From positions 54,064,001 to 54,128,000 of the forward strand of contig CM060731.1 of assembly GCA_030704615.1 (NCBI GenBank): a stretch of 64,000 nt of DNA. Reading direction: 5' to 3'. A program made the translations under genes and the position numbers. The stretch comes from Takakia lepidozioides (lineage: Eukaryota > Plantae > Bryophyta). Shown piece by piece: positions 60,902 through 64,000 of this stretch (positions are counted from its first letter, which is position 1; each line of letters starts with the position of its first letter). The notes below the pieces were generated by a model. The model was not told where the DNA came from. It ran no database searches and saw only the letters and a list, made by a program, of their open reading frames with translations.

Positions 60902-62780
60902 TCACGAGTACTCCTCACAAGAACAAACCCCATCTTGGAAGTGGTGAAAGCGATTCGAATCACGGACAATAATTACTCGCCCAACAATCTTTGATATGAA
61001 ATTGGTGGCCATGTGGTAGTCACCACACACCGGAAGGTTTTTGATGACATGGACACCTGTCCCGGGGGTCGTATTGATTAACCCAAAAGTAATGGCCAGT
61101 GTCTCACTGTGGTGGCACAGAGAAAATTCCTTTTGCTCCTCCTCCACATGATTCAATGCAAAGCGCCTGTCACCCTGCCTCCTTCATTCAGACAAACTTC
61201 TCAACTCAGTATGGACTTCTGCAATATGTGGATGCAATTCGTCATCTACCACAAATGTGTGCACCCTATTACCGACCTCAATGCAAGAGCGACCTGGCTC
61301 CTTTCTGACACCTCTGACCTTCATCATTCTTCGAACCTTTGCAGTATCGTCCCACCTGCCAGCTGCGGCATAGATGTTTGATAGCAACACATAAGTGGCA
61401 GCATCCTGTCGATCCCACTTCAGAATAGACTTTGCCGCACGTTCTGCCACCTCCGCATTCCCTGGAGTTCTGCCGGCACCAAGCAAGGTTTTCCACACCG
61501 CAGCATCCGGTTTGAGTGGCATTATATTAATTGAGTTCTCTGCCTCATCCAACCGGCCTGCACAGCCAAGAAGATCCACTATGCAGCCAAAGTGCTCCAC
61601 CGTAGGAGTTAGCCCATGCTTTTGAGTCAGGGACTCAAAGAATTGTCTGCCCTCATCCATTAGGCCCCCAAGACTACATGCAGACAGAACAGATAAAAAG
61701 GTGACACTGTTGGACTTCAAGCCTTCCTTCTGCATTCCCTCAAATAGTTGCAGGGCCTCCCTATGTCAGCCCTGCTGGGCATATCCTGAAATCATCGCAC
61801 TCCAAGAGACCACATTTCGTTCAGCCATACTGTCGAACACTCCCTTTGCATCCTCGATGCTACCGCATTTGGCATACATGTCCACTACGGTATTGTCTAG
61901 AATGATATCTGGTACAATTCCAGCTTCCATGATATCAGCATGGACCTGTTTGCCCTTTTCCAGGGCTGACAGGCTGGCACAAGCATTGCAAATGCAAACA
62001 ATCGTGACCTGGTTGGGCACCACTCCTTCCGCCATTCATTTGTTCATAGGTCTACAAAGCCTCCATCCCAAACCCATGCTGGGCATATACTGCGATCATC
62101 GCATTCCATGACCCTACATTTCGTTCAATCATATTATTAAACAACTTTTCTTTTGCCTCATCGATGCTCCCGCACTTGGCACACATCCACCAGGGTAGGG
62201 TCCAAGATGATATTCACAACAATTCCAGCTTTCACAATGTCAGCATGGACAGCTTTGCCCTTCTCCAGGTCTGCCAGGCTGGCATGCAAACACTGACAAA
62301 TGTGACCTGGTTGGGCTTCACCCCTTCCTGCATCATTTTGTGATGGCTCTCCAGAGCCTCCATACCACATCCACATTGGCCATATCCTACGATCATTGCA
62401 TTCCACGACACCACATCTCGATCAGCCATACTATCAAACACTCCCTTTGTATCATTGATGCTTCCACAGTTGGCATACAAGTAGACAAGTGTAGTTCCCA
62501 AGATCATATTTGGCACAGTTCCAGCTTTCATGATGTCAGCCTGGACCTCTCTGCCCTTCTCCAAAGCTGCCAAGCTGGCACAGGCATTGCAAACAGACAG
62601 AAACGTGCCCTGGTTTGGCTTCACCCTTGTCGGCTCATAGGTCTCCAAAGCTTTTAACCCATACCCATGCTGGGCGGCAATCATCACATTCCATGACACC
62701 ACATCTCGTTCAGCCATACTGTCAGACACCCCCTTTGCATCCTTTGATTTGCTGCCCCGCATTTGGCATACATGTCCATC
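60902..62780 (-). pseudogene. PLS-class PPR-E-DYW RNA editing factor pseudogene
   Basis: P/L/S motifs (MYAKCGSIEDAKGVFDSMAERNVVSW), E domain, PG box KEPGRSCIEV, and a DYW domain with HSETLA, CGDYH and CSCEEYS*. In-frame stop at about 61766, several frameshifts, and a 5' end replaced by LINE fragments. Confidence 0.88.
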
Positions 62781-62788
62781 AGGGTGGT

Positions 62789-63371
62789 CTTGTGTGAAGG
62801 GTCTTCTAGTGGATATCTGGAAAACCCAAACTTATTGACTTTATCAAGGTAAGTCACACTACCAGAGTGAGCCCCTCACAAAGGTGGTATCTGTTCCCTT
62901 TTGTTCTGCCCCATCTGGGCACCTGGTCTATGGCCACAGGCTACAGCAAACACAATCTCATGAGTACATTCTGTGTGTGTGTGTGTGTGTGTGTGTTGTG
63001 TGTGTGTCTGTCCACGGTCCAATATCTGGGGTGTTCTGTGTGAAGGGCTTTCTAGAGAAAATCTGGTCTAGAAAGCCATTCTAGACCGGATTTTCTAGAC
63101 CCTGTTGTTCCACCCAAACTGGGGTGCAGCAAACAACGTCTCAGGAGTAAATTCTCTGTTTTTGGACTGCTACACACAGCAGATTGATGCTTGTATGAAG
63201 GGCTTTCTAGAGGGTATGTGGAAACTCCGAACTAATCGTTTATATCAAGGTAAGTCACACTACTGGAGTGAGCCCCTCACCAAGGTAGTGCCTATTCCCT
63301 AGAATTCCGTCCAAACTGGGTGCGGGGTCTATTGCCACAAGCTATGCCAAACAAGCTCTTATGAGTACATC
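62789..63371 (+). mobile_element. Three head-to-tail 3' fragments of the RTE-X-like LINE family, with a (TG)n tract
   Basis: Fragments at about 62789-62971, 63037-63155 and 63172-63371 each carry TGTGAAGGGC/TTTCTAG and/or the ...GAGTACAT terminus. (TG)n lies at 62972-63007. Confidence 0.82.
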
Positions 63372-63538
63372 CTCCGAGTTTCCATCCTATAGGCATTTCA
63401 AGACCCCACAATTGACTCTTGGACGGTTGATGTGCCATAGAGGTAATACCCAAAACAGGGTGTCATGGCCAACATGTCCAAGGAACAGTGGTTGAACCAA
63501 AAATGAAGCAAGACACTCCTTGCAATAACAATGTCATT

Positions 63539-64000
63539 TCACCAGTACTCTCCACAAGAACAAACCCCATCTTGAAAGTGGTGAAAGCGGTTTGCATCCC
63601 GTACAACAATTACTCGTCCAACAATCTTTGACATGAACTTGGTGGCTGTGTGGCAGTCACCACAAATCCGAAGGTTCTTAATGACACGGAGAGGTGTCCC
63701 AGGGGCTGTGCTGATCAGCCCAAATGCAATGGCCAGCTTCTCACTGTGGTGGCAAAGAGAAAATTCCTTTCGCTCCTCCTCCACATCATGCAATATGAAG
63801 CGCGTGTCAGGCACATAACCTGCCTTCTTCATCTGTTCAGACAAACTTCTCAGCTCAGCATGGATTTCCTCAGTTTGTGGATGCACTTGGTCATCCACCA
63901 TGAATCTGTGGACCCTGTCGCCAACCTCAATGCAGCAGCGGCCTGGCTCTTTTATAACACCTCTGACCTTCATCATCTTTCTCACCTTTGCAATATTGTC
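63539..64000 (-). CDS. PPR-DYW protein, C-terminal E/DYW deaminase domain (5' part beyond window)
   Basis: [10 protein letters not shown] (PG box), GYVPDT, HSEKLA (HxE), [10 protein letters not shown] (CxxC), [16 protein letters not shown]. The frame is open to the window edge. Confidence 0.88.
   Translation of the reverse strand, partial: DNIAKVRKMMKVRGVIKEPGRCCIEVGDRVHRFMVDDQVHPQTEEIHAELRSLSEQMKKAGYVPDTRFILHDVEEERKEFSLCHHSEKLAIAFGLISTAPGTPLRVIKNLRICGDCHTATKFMSKIVGRVIVVRDANRFHHFQDGVCSCGEYW

Overview
Eukaryotic nuclear DNA from a land plant. It is most likely a seed-free lineage with organellar RNA editing, probably a bryophyte; this is inferred from a bryophyte-like RbcS, PLS/DYW PPR genes and an RTE-X-like LINE. 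Genes I could reconstruct by hand: an OTU deubiquitinase, a secreted GNA/bulb-type lectin plus a pseudogene copy, RACK1, SUF4/ZNF207, RbcS, a CDC48B/AFG2B-type AAA ATPase (12 exons, one GC-AG intron), an intronless F-box gene, the first two exons of a small ACBP, and two tandem PPR-DYW genes (one pseudogene, one cut by the window edge). The intergenic and intronic DNA is rich in mobile elements: L1 fragments, a tRNA-derived SINE, CACTA- and hAT-like elements, a decayed Ty3/gypsy, and a full-length RTE-X-like LINE with six further 3' fragments. Four observations stand out. (1) A 786-bp insertion flanked by TTAA has CCCC...GGGG ends and a decayed piggyBac-type Cys-rich domain, and its empty site is visible in a paralogous copy; piggyBac is not normally expected in land plants. 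(2) In the full-length LINE, three consecutive internal segments are each inverted in place while keeping their order. (3) The region at about 4.4-10.8 kb is a shuffled mosaic of six pieces of a local tandem duplication. (4) One LINE family repeatedly inserts at (CT)n tracts and next to its own older copies. All coordinates and translations were read by eye, and no database searches were run.
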